A stretch of DNA of 37,657 nt from Nemertoderma westbladi (taxonomy: Eukaryota; Animalia; Xenacoelomorpha): NCBI GenBank assembly GCA_032718475.1, contig JAUCBJ010004890.1, positions 1-37,657 of the forward strand, in the 5' to 3' direction. Shown here one piece after another: positions 1 to 10,720 of the stretch. A model generated the notes under the pieces. The model was given only the letters and a program-made list of their open reading frames with translations, did not search any database and was not told the DNA's origin. The stretch's first letter is position 1. Each line of letters starts with the position of its first letter. The position numbers and the translations under genes are program-made.

Positions 1-722
1 ATAAAGCGGTTTCCTTTACAACGCTGAGTTACGGTATTACCATTCGGAGGGCACCCAAATTTTATTTCAAGATAATCATATTTCCTTCCGTGGTTATAAG
101 CGCTATCATCCCGTTTGTTTTTCTGCTTCCCCAAGAAGAAGGTGACAGAATTGGTCTTGTTTCTGCGTTATTCTTTGCTCAGCTGTTGAATCTTGTCATG
201 GTGCAGGAATATGTTCCACCAGCAGGTAAGCCTGTACCTTTATTAAGTGGGCTCTACTATATGAACGTTAACATTACAATTTTCACAGTAATTGCTTGTG
301 TCATCCTTCAGAGAATATACCACATTTTGAACAAATTGGATGAGAAATGTTCCAACAGTGACATTGAGGAAGTTCCTAAGGATGTAGTTGGTAATGGAGA
401 GGACATTGCTTTGAAACAGCCGAATGGTAATAAAGAACTTAATAAGAAAGGATTATCCGAAGCAACAGTCAAGTTCTTCAGATTTCGATGGCGCATTAGG
501 AAAAAGAAAATCCGGATGTTGATAAAGATAATTAAAATAGTAGATGTGGGTTTGTTTCTTTTCACTGGTATCTTTATCATAGCAGTCAACGTTGATATGA
601 TGCGAAACTTCTCGGGAGAATCAAATGGAATGGCTCTCTTGGAACAGTTTTTTGCTCATCATGATAAAGACAATGATACAAGCAACAACCCAGAAGTTAC
701 TGATGACTATGACTACTACTGA
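1..722 (+). CDS. 3' part (end of extracellular domain, TM1-TM4) of nAChR-like pentameric ligand-gated ion channel subunit, copy 1; truncated by the window edge
   Basis: Near-identical to 11394-12115. The frame is open from position 3 (KAVSFTTLSYGITIRRAPKFY...EEGDRIGL...). The GTG at 90 called as start by the ORF track is an internal codon (ATG in copy 2). Confidence 0.9.
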   Translation, partial: KAVSFTTLSYGITIRRAPKFYFKIIIFPSVVISAIIPFVFLLPQEEGDRIGLVSALFFAQLLNLVMVQEYVPPAGKPVPLLSGLYYMNVNITIFTVIACVILQRIYHILNKLDEKCSNSDIEEVPKDVVGNGEDIALKQPNGNKELNKKGLSEATVKFFRFRWRIRKKKIRMLIKIIKIVDVGLFLFTGIFIIAVNVDMMRNFSGESNGMALLEQFFAHHDKDNDTSNNPEVTDDYDYY

Positions 723-889
723 GATAGGAAGTCCCAATACTACGAATTGATTTTTTATAATAGAACTACACCACGAGTTAATTCTAAAACTGTGGTTTCG
801 ATTACTGTAGTAAGGTACTATTATAACCACGGCTTTTCCGTTACCGTAGTCTCATGGTTGTGCCAACGCGACTTGTAGGCCTATACATG

Positions 890-2251
890 CACGTTCGTGG
901 GGCTTTCGAGCAGCACGAGGATCAGTTATGAGATACAAAATATAATTGAGCCATATTCTATCACAGAATCGGTATTTAAGAAATTTAACCAAACCGTCAA
1001 TAAATCAAAAAAGAGAGGAAAGTTCCTTCCCTTAACCTTTTATCCCCTTTGATCTGCACTCCAACCCAAAGGCCCATTATTGATGGCAGGCAGATATTGA
1101 CAGCTACCCAATTTGTTAGAAATAGTAAAACTTACCTTATGCCCATTTAGTATTGATACTGAAATATTATTAAATTAATTTACCATGTTAATGCCTCGAC
1201 TAATTTGAAATAAACACTAAGCAATCTGTCTGATTCGTAAGGCTCCTTACGCTGCCTGTCTTATAGATGTAATTACTCATAGCTCGAGTAGGGCGAGCCA
1301 CGAAGTCTAGGTGAGCCTTTAGCATACAGTAGCAGTACAATTAGTGAGCCGTCGTCGTTGGAAATGTTTGAACGCTAATAAGTCTGTCAATCATGGATGA
1401 AATGGAACCAAACTTTGTGCACATGTAGTCTATAAAAACTTCAGAAATTCTACAGAGAAACAGACTTCTGTAGTTCATATGTCTGCCGCTAGGGGGGAAT
1501 TGACAGAAACGTAGAAGTAGCTGTAATTATAGAACCACAATCAGTTCATCTGAAATTTGGTAGGAGTGACCTATGAACGAACATTGCATCTTAAAAGTAG
1601 CTGTAATAGAACCAATCAGATTCATCTGAAAGTTGGAGTACTGACCTACGATCATTGCTTAAATAGAACTGGTAGAGACAAGCTAACGAAGTAGTAGACA
1701 AAATTTCAAGTACTAGGATTTACATCTTTTTCGGGTTAACCTTTCTCGCGTTAGCTGAGTCTCGTGCTGCGCGAAGGCCCCACGAACGTGTACTGATTAC
1801 CAGCCAGGCAATAGCCAGCACGCCATGGAATTAGGGGAGATGCAAGTAGCTTATATTAATTAAAAACACATTTCCTGAAGTAAATCACTTGATCTAATAA
1901 ATAACAATAATGGAATGGGGTATGGGGATTCCAGCTGTATAATTTTTAAGTATCATTATTTATACTAGAAAATAATTAATTTCCATGAAACCGGCAGGGC
2001 AGGCTGACAATGCCTTTTTTTACCGAAATTAGCTCAATTAACTAATTAACTGCTTTTATCTTAGCTTCTCCAAGGCAATATGCGAATTTAACTTTGAAAA
2101 TTTCGAAACTTTTCCCAAACAACATTGTGTACCAAGTTTGGATAGATTTCATCGAGGATCAACTGAGCTATTAACGTTTAAATATACGGATCTACAGAAC
2201 GACAGATCTACAGACACGCCGATTGAGATAGTGGTACCCGTATACTACGCT
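890..2251 (+). mobile_element. HINE/DINE-1-like non-autonomous element, interrupted by an inverted copy of the same family (paralogous copy about 12282-13730)
   Basis: Begins with cacgttcgtggggc..tcg.gcagcacg, a 5' motif that recurs at 1792 (-), 20229 and 36221. Distal part has accaagtttgg and gatctacaga repeats. The right boundary is approximate and the family assignment is inferred from architecture. Confidence 0.45.
1290..1792 (-). mobile_element. HINE/DINE-1-like element copy (paralogous copy about 12698-13231)
   Basis: The minus strand starts tacacgttcgtggggccttcgcgcagcacg, contains cccctagcggcagac and acgacgacgg, and ends acttcgtggctcgccc. These are the same landmarks, in the same order, as 20227-21180. 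Confidence 0.55.
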
Positions 2252-3037
2252 CTCTTACTTTCTTGGCTCTCCCCACAATAATGGAATACAGTAGAGTATT
2301 AGGCCTACATGTACTACATCGTACAACAATATCCTCACCCCCCACCCCATTTGCAATAAACTGAAACTAGTTTACAGTTTTCTTGCGTGTCAATTTATAA
2401 AATTTATATAAAGTTATTTAGCGGGAAATTGATACTAAGTTTTAAGTAACAAAAGAGAGTTGGACACCGAATATCTTCTATGTTTTTTATGATACAGTTA
2501 GTTCAGTGTTACTTGGCCAAGGGAGGTCTAAACTACTGGTGCAGGGAGCCTAGAGTTAGATGGATATGATGGGTGGTTTTTAATCTTGTTTGCAATTTTA
2601 CTGTAATGGTTATTTTTTTATCCAAGATTTAATAAACCAGAAATGCAGGTCTGTCTTGTGATTCCATATTTCATGGGGTGGGGGTTTCATTACAAGATTA
2701 TTAACAATCTGAATTTAGTAAACAAATGGCCGATATGCAGATTCGTAGTAATCCGTATACAATGTTTACTTTCCATCGATACCATCAAAACTATATGGGT
2801 CCGACAAAAATAATCCAAAATTAGTTTCCAACTAAAATACGAAAAAGAAAGATTGAAAAAAGCAGAGGACCGCACTAACAGTCTAACTAACAAGTCTCCT
2901 TAGCTATGCCCCATGTTTGTACCTCATGTTGGCCTTCGCTAACTAAAACAATGCTGTAAGGGTTCATTCACTAATACCCGTGAAGTCCATATTATATTGA
3001 GACTACCATGTTTATCGAGTACCTATCTATCCTATAC

Positions 3038-5074
3038 TGTTGAACGATCAGAGGACGTTACTCCTTACTGATAAGCGGTCTGACTTGGTCCAACGCAATC
3101 TCTTAATTTTGAACACAAGCAGAACCTCCAGAACCGTCTGCTAAAATATGTTACTATTACTAACTATACGGCTCTGACAATCACTCGCTCCTTTCTCTGT
3201 TGATTTCTCAACAGAGAGCTAACTGTTCGAATCTATAAGCCACACAGCAATAACCAAAACAATAAATCTGAAATGGCTCCCTAAGCTACTTAAAAAGAGT
3301 GCGGGTGGTCTAGCACTCGTCGTTCACTTATCACAGAAACACTGGAAGTTATCGGGTGGAACAATGTCAAATGTGAGAATATTTTAATACTATAATGGGA
3401 TAGACCTTTTATTTTTCCAAATGTCAAAACTTGGCCTTCGCTGGCTTTAGGCCAGCAAATTACTACTGTATACTAGCTACCGCTGTCATCCCGTTGACCC
3501 ACTATTTTCAAATAACCGCCTAGCGTCGAATATTCTACGGTATTCTAAAGTAATTTACCCAAACTACTCTCCGCTATGCAGCGTACAAGTTCTTAATTTT
3601 ATTCTAACTAACATGCTAAATGAACTACAGTGTCATAAATACGAATTTGCGTACTAATTACTAAGTATTCCAGAATACGTATTCCTAATTTATTACGTTA
3701 CTGAGTTATACTAGCAACAGCCTAAATACTGTATTATTTTGACCTAATCAGCAATTAATAAGCATAAACTAGGAAATGGAAAACAATCAAGAAAAAACAG
3801 CGCCCATCTAAGCATTCACATTCAAGCTTCAGGCACTCTTTAGCAACACAACACAAAATAGCGTTAGCAATAGAACTGGTAGTGTTTCTGACCGTGCTAA
3901 TAGCGCTAGTCAGCTAGTGTCAACCAGTGCGTTAGTATACTAGTATACTAGTATAAGAAGCAAAGGACCCCCAAAGCCACACGCAGGCCTCCTAACTAAA
4001 CCCCCTATTACTACCCTAGCACTGCAAAGGTTGAGACGAAGTCTGGATCGTCAGCCCCCAAATACTGTAATGACGACCGGTCCCCAGTCCTTAGTTGATT
4101 AGCCCGACCGCAACTGCTAGCCCCCCGCCAGCGTTGCCCCAAATTGGATCCTCCACACCTCCCTCCGTCGCTTCCACGGTGCGCCCGCTGCGCCCGCTGC
4201 GCCTACCAGTACCCTTAGCCCTTCATGCTAAGCAAATAGTTACCGTACCGGCGCATGCGTTTACAAACAGTCTGACAGTTGAAAGGATATCCTTGTAAGG
4301 ATTATTACATCTCAATCACATAGATTTTAGAAATCAAGAGTCAATGCAGAAATGATTATTCGAAATTGTAATCAAAGAAGTAATCAGCAGAAATAAATTA
4401 CGAATAGCAGAATACACAAGCAAGAAGATTTAAAACATTTTAATCAAAAACGTGCAGTACCGCTGTACTGGTGCACCTACACACCGAACACAAAAAAGGT
4501 ATACTAAGACTGAAGCACTGCAAAACTGTGACTGACGAAATATATGTATGACGCAACAATCATATCATTGGTCCAACAAAACCCTACTACCATTAAACTA
4601 ACGTAAAAGAGCTAGGCCAATGAGGAAGCCGGATCGTGCTCCTTGCTGCCCCATTTTGCAAATTATTACCATATATGGTAATGAATCTGTCCTGGTGGGC
4701 TTATAGGTTTATGGCCGTAACATTAATTTCGCGATTATTAAAGCAGATTAAGCATAAATTCGGTACAAACGCCAGTTTATAGAGAAATATAAAAGAAATT
4801 AGTACAAATATGCATCAGGTTCAGTCAATATCAATAAACGGCAAATTCATATTAGAGTTTTATAAAAGTTTTGCCACCACAAATGTATTTACTAAGGTTT
4901 TATTATACAATTACATACGCAGAACTACATACTGTACAAAATCGAACGAATAATATAAACTAGTGTATTTTATTTTCCCTATCTAACAACGGCTGTACAT
5001 CAATATGACTTATCTAAATTACTCTGTACTGTATAATGGGCTGTTTTAAGTACACAGCGCCATATATCGTAACA
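3038..5074. mobile_element. 2037-bp insertion with TGTT...AACA termini and a 5-bp TSD; putative solo LTR
   Basis: TATAC at 3033-3037 and 5075-5079. The paralogous empty site has a single TATAC at 14607-14611. Termini are TGTTGAACGAT and ATCGTAACA (imperfect inverted repeats). Confidence 0.8.
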
Positions 5075-5120
5075 TATACCAATCGCCAACATTGGCTTGA
5101 ATTTCATTTAATTTCGAAGA

Positions 5121-6502
5121 TCAACGGCCACTGCTACCAGTGAGATCTGTGCTTCTCTGGGCAACCAACGGCCACTGCTACCAGTGAGATCTCTGGGCAG
5201 CCAACGGCCACTGCTACCAGTGAAATCTCTGGGCACCCAAAGGCCACTGCTACCAGTGAAATCTCTGGGCAACCAATGGCCACTGCTACCAGTGAGATCT
5301 CTGGGCGGCCAACGGACACTGCTACCAGTGAGATATCTGCTTCTCTGGGCAGCCAACAGCCACTGCTAACAATGAGATCTCTGGGCAGCCAACGGCCACT
5401 GCTACCAGTGAGATCTCGGGGTGGCTAACGGCCACTGCTACCAGTGAGATTTCTGGGCAGCCAACGGCCTCTGCTACCAGTGAGATCTCTGGGCAGCCAA
5501 CGGCCACTGCTACCAGTGAGATCTCTGGGCAGCCAACGGCCACTGCTACTAGTGAGATCTCTGGGCAGCCAACGGCCACTGCTACCAGTGAGGTCTCTGG
5601 GAAGCCAACTGTCACTGGGCAGCCAACGGCCACTTCTACCAACAATGAGATCTCTCGGCAGCCAACGGTCACGGCTACCAGTGAGATGTCTGGGTAGCCA
5701 ACGGACACTGCTACCAGTGAGATCTCTGGGCAGCCTACGGCCACTGCTACCAGTGAGATCTCTGGATAGCCAAATGTCACTGCTACCAGTTAGATCTCTG
5801 GGAAGCCAACTGTCACTGCTACCAGCAGTGAGATCTCAGGGTGGCCAACTGCCATTGCTACCAGTGAGATCTCTGGGCAGCCAACGGCCACTGCTACCAG
5901 TGAGATCTCTGGGCAGTCAACGGCCACTGCTACAAGTGAGATATCTGGGCAGCCAACGGCCACTGCTACCAGTGTGATCTCTGGGCAGTCAACGGCTACT
6001 GCTACTAGTGAGATCTCTGGGCAGTAAACGGCCACTGTTACCAGTGAGATCTCTGGGCTGCCGACGGCCACTGCTACCAGTGAGATCTCCGGGTGGCCAA
6101 CGGCCACTGCTAACTGTGAGATCTCTGGGCAGCCAACGACCGCTGCTACCTGTGAGATCTCTGCGCTGCCCACGACCACTGCTACTTGTGAGATCACTGG
6201 GCAGCCAACGACCACTGCTAACTGTGAGATCTCTGGTCAGCCAAAGACCACTGCTAACTGTGAGATCTATGGGTGGCAAACGGCCACTGCTACCAGTAAG
6301 ATCTCTGGGCAGCCAACGACCGCTGCTACCTGTGAGATCTCTGCGCTGCCAACGACCACTGCTACCTGTGAGATCACTGGGCAGCCAACGACCACTGCTA
6401 ACTGTGAGATCTCTGGTCAGCCAAAGACCACTGCTAACTGTGAGATCTATGGGTGGCAAAGGACCACTGCTACCAGTGAGATCTCTGAGTGACCAACTGC
6501 CA
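5121..6502. repeat. 36-bp GC-rich minisatellite, array 1 (about 38 units)
   Basis: Consensus GCCACTGCTACCAGTGAGATCTCTGGGCAGCCAACG; produces 12-aa periodic ORFs in several frames. Confidence 0.97.
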
Positions 6503-7777
6503 CCCAGAGGTTACTGTGGGTGGCCATAATTCTCCTGTTACAACCCAACCAATGGATAGTTTTCGAATGGTGTGTTTTTTTTAAGAAATATAATTTTTTA
6601 AAACTTAACTTTATCACCAGATGTTACTGTTGGTCTTAACTTAAACCATCTCTTACTTAAGATTTGTCTTTGTTCAAAAATTAGTAAAGAAAGTATTTAG
6701 AACGGGTCACATGTGGGCCAGTAAGGATATGCTGAACAAACTGCCGCAAAAAATAATAGATATTATGGTTTAATTCAGTATAGTGGCAAAATTTGGAAGG
6801 TTGTCACTGGGGGTTGAACCGGCACTGTGGTACCGGTTTGGCCTAAAAAATAGGTGTCGTTGGTCTGGCTTCCTTTGTTCATTTAGATCCTTAATACGGA
6901 GTGTACGGTATGTTGTAATACCATTTGTATCTCTAAGTATAACTTTTGATCCGTTGTCATCAACCTCCCAGTGACTTTCTTCCAATATTTTTTCAATACT
7001 AATTAAAATATTATTGGGTAACATTAGTAGCCTACAATTCGGTGTATTTCTCCCATAATAACGTAGGCCTGTTGCATGGAATTAAAGATGGCTCAATTAC
7101 TCTGTAACTAAATAGTTAACAAATGTGACAGACGTGAGGGAGTATTAGGAATACGTAATGCGCCACTCAATAATTTATTGATCACATCAGCAGCTGTAAC
7201 ATCCATAATTTGATAATGGTGATAAGGTAATAATAAAGAATATAAACGTTACGAAGTCAGTATGGTAAATTTTATTGTTAATTAACCAAATAGTAATAGA
7301 AACTGTATTGGATAAATAAAATAAAGAACACTAATTATTTCTACCTAATACATTCTCAGGTAGACTAATAAAAAACCGCAATAATTTTTATTGTCCGTTT
7401 AAATCCTTTTTTTGTCCTTTTTTTTTTATTTTTTATGTCCTCCAAAAGTCTAATGTTAGGTTCCATGCTACCGGTTTCTATACTGCTGTTCTCTCAGGCT
7501 ATCAGTACCGGTATTAGTATATATAGCACTATTTTGCTGTATTGTATGTACAGATGTAGGTATAAAGCAGGTATTTCTGTATTTTAGTACCGGTACCGGC
7601 ACCGGTACTGCTATAGGCCTACTGTGTAGCCTACCATTTAAATACGGTAATGGTAGGCCTACCGGTTGTGCTAATAAATTTTAAATAATTGATAGGCCAA
7701 ACTGGATTGCAGGATTGTGGAAAATGTGGATATACCTTTCACATAATTTAGGCCTATTACTGTATTAGTTTTATCGT

Positions 7778-8410
7778 CTCTGTAACCTGCTCCTTTCCCT
7801 CAATTAGTTAAATGATCGTTTATTGTTTTGGTTAGAAAATCCCGCCTCTGTAACCTGCCCCTTTCCCTCAATTAGTTAAATGATCGTTTATTGTTTTGGT
7901 TAGAAAATCCCGCCTCTGTAACCTGCTCCTTTCCCTGAATTGGTAAAGTGACCGTTTATTGTTTTGGTTAGAAAGGCCCGCCTCTGTAACCTGCCCCTTT
8001 CCCTCAATTAGTTAAATGATCGTTTATTGTTTTGGTTAGAAAATCCCGCCTCTGTAACCTGCTCCTTTCCCTCAATTAGTTAAGAGATCGTTTATTGTTT
8101 TGGTTAGAAAATTCCGCCTCTGAAACCTGTCCCTTTCCCTCAATTAGTTAAATGATCGTTTATTGTTTTGGTTAGAAAATCCCGCCTCTGTAACCTGCTC
8201 CTTTCCCTCAATAAGTTAAGTGATCGTTTATTGTTTTGGTTAGAAAATCCCGCCTCTGTAACCTGCTCCTTTCCCTCAATTAGTTATGTGATCGTTTATT
8301 GTTTTGGCTAGAAAATCCCGTCTCTGTAACCTACTCCTTTCCCTGATTTGGTAAAGTGACTGTTTATTGTTTTGGTTAGAAAACTCGGCCTTAACCTGCT
8401 CCTTTCCATC
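7778..8410. repeat. 68-bp tandem repeat (about 9 units)
   Basis: Unit CTCTGTAACCTGCTCCTTTCCCTCAATTAGTTAAATGATCGTTTATTGTTTTGGTTAGAAAATCCCGC, starting at 7778, 7846, and so on. Confidence 0.95.
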
Positions 8411-9010
8411 AATTGGTAATTGTTTTTGGCTATAAAATGAGTGTTTTGCTACGTCATGTGGTAATCGATTATCGACAACAACCACAAACTATTAAATAGA
8501 GTCTTTTTACCACAGGCGCATATGGAAATCTATCTCATAGTCTAGAAAATCATGGAATCATGGAATGTTTTGGCACAGGCATAGTGAAATCAACTGTCTG
8601 ACAGTCCAGAAATCAGCAGTCTGACAGTTTGAAGAAATACATACATAAAAAGTCATTAAAAGGACAATAAAAGTCATTAAAAGGACAACAAAAGTCATTA
8701 TGCATAATTCGTAAAAAAAAATGACAAAAAAAAGTCAAATAAAAGGACATAAAAAATCACTGCCATAAAAAACATAGGAAGCAACCAATATAATGTACGT
8801 ACAAGCCTTCTATGAAAGTTTGCGAAATCTTCTATTGAGTCTACCCAACAGCTGTTGGTACCCGGCTGGCTCCCTGGTTTAGTTTTCCGGTTTTGTTAGT
8901 TTAATCGACAGTTGTTGCATACGACCAGGTAAACAAAATCTACTAAGACTTTACTTTTAAATTAAGCTTATCCTGAGTTGAGGACATAACTTTAATTGAC
9001 AATTAGTGAA

Positions 9011-10111
9011 GGTGTTCGGACGACATTTCCCCCGGACAGTTCCCCCCGCTCAAGTAGGACACTTCCCGCCCGGACACTTCCCCCCCAGACACTTCCCCCC
9101 GGACACTTCCCCCCCGACTGTTCTTAACTTAGCACATTCGTATTTTTCATTTTGTAAGGTAAACGGACCGCTTGTATCCAGACAAGTTATAACCAATTTT
9201 CCTTTCGTAGCTCAGAAAGTGATCTTTTCATCCCGATTTTACATTTTATATCCAAGTTTTATTTATGGATTTTATCAATGCAATTACATCGTATTATTTG
9301 CTAATCTTTAAACAATTAATTAGGTGACCTATAAATTCCATCCCCCGAATGATATACTGTTTTTATTAACTATAGAATTATAATAATTAATTGTTTTAAT
9401 TATAGGTATTATTATGTAATAGTCTTCTTCAAATTGAAGCAGATGGGGATGAATATTATTGTTGCAATCAAAATTATACTGTACCTCTCCAGGGGAAAAT
9501 CGACATGCGGCGACCTGTATTCTGTGTTCAGCATTACATATTGATATATATATTACTATACATACTATATAGATATTATACACACTACATATTAAATTTC
9601 CTGGTTACTTGCAATATTTTTAATAGGATCTTGTTGAATTATATAATATTGTAGTAATTTATATATTAATTTGGTTAACATTCAATACAGCTCCTACTTT
9701 AGACTTAGTCAATTTATTATCTTAAGATACAAACCTGAATTGATTATTTCAAAACGGTCTCAGTCTTTCACCACGGGCACACAGGGAAATCCCGGGGTTT
9801 GGGGGCGGCAGCCCCCAAGAAAAGAAGCGGGGGTTTGGGGGCGGCAGCCCCCAATTAAAAGAAAAACAAACAAAATTTGACTATAAAAATGTTTCTTTTA
9901 TAATTTTGAAAAAACTTGTCTAGATACAACTTGTCCTGTAACCATCTTTAACTTTTGTTTATTGCTTTGATGCACCCAGATTAATTTTAACACTTTAACT
10001 GGGGGGGAAGTGTCCGGAGGGCAAGTGTCCGGGGGGAAGTGTCCTACTTGGGCGGGGGGGAAGTGTCCGGGGGGGAACTGTCCGGGGGGGGGGGGGGGGT
10101 GTCCTAGATCC
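9011..10111. mobile_element. Non-autonomous TIR DNA transposon (Mutator/foldback-like), 1.1 kb
   Basis: 8-bp TSD TTAGTGAA at 9003-9010 and 10112-10119. GG...CC ends. The arms are built of GGACACTTCCCCC subrepeats (left) and GGGGGAAGTGTCC subrepeats (right). Superfamily is inferred. Confidence 0.8.
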
Positions 10112-10720
10112 TTAGTGAAATGTTTTTCAACTGTTTGGATTATAGTTTCCTAATTTTACATTGTAGCTATGCTAGGGAGATCAAATTATAGTTGTGGGAA
10201 TTTAATTTCGAGGAATAATGTTAATACTGTATTATGCAGATATCAAATACACATCGAATCTTTCCAAACTTTTTATTCAACAATTTGATAACAATTGATA
10301 AATAGTTGCGTTTACAAAAACCATCCAGTCTAAAGACAAGTTCGTTATAACTAAAGTAGCCAAATGGCTACTTTGAGTAAGAGCGCACTGCTGGAGAAGT
10401 AAAGAGGAGGTCATACCAGATCTACTGTTCTGGCAACCAACACAAGGAAAGCGTACCCGTGGACGACCGGCTATAACATATATAGATCAACTTGAAAGCG
10501 ATTCAGGTTATAGAGAAACGAATTTGCGATAACTATGGAGAATCTGGAAGCCAGGAAGGATCTCATTTCCACTGAGTTCGCTCGACCTAGTAGTAGTAGC
10601 CAAATGGCAGTACTTCAAATTGATATTGAAAACTACTTTGTTACTTTAAAAGACAAAAACTTTAAGTATAAATATATAGCACAATTATTGTAATAAATAA
10701 TAATACTAAATAACATTAAA

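Larger units (their letters stand above)
1..6676 (+). repeat. Tandem segmental duplication, copy 1 (partial)
   Basis: Colinear with 11394-16730. Homology ends at gatttgtctttgttca (6676 / 16730). Confidence 0.9.

Noticed and set aside
90-722. Stand-alone 210-aa membrane protein
   Set aside because: It is the window-truncated 3' part of the receptor, and GTG 90 is internal.
890-1792. Apparent MITE with TIRs of about 35 bp
   Set aside because: Better explained as the 5' ends of two oppositely oriented copies of one family, because the same motif occurs unpaired at 20229 and 36221 and the minus copy has its own 3' end near 1290.
5121-6502. 36-bp partly palindromic repeats resembling a CRISPR array (also 14640-16598)
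   Set aside because: The units are contiguous with no unique spacers, there are no cas genes, and the context is eukaryotic.
5108-6529. Many ORFs with LLPVRSLGSQRP, VAVAVGCPEISL or GSSGRWLPRDLT repeats (also 14571-16642)
   Set aside because: They are by-products of a 36-bp unit that is stop-free in several frames on both strands, with no unique domains or gene structure.
10352-10373. Perfect hairpin AAAGTAGCCA-AA-TGGCTACTTT upstream of the receptor, partly repeated near 10595
   Set aside because: It is too short to assign a function, and bacterial-type terminators do not apply to this eukaryotic locus.
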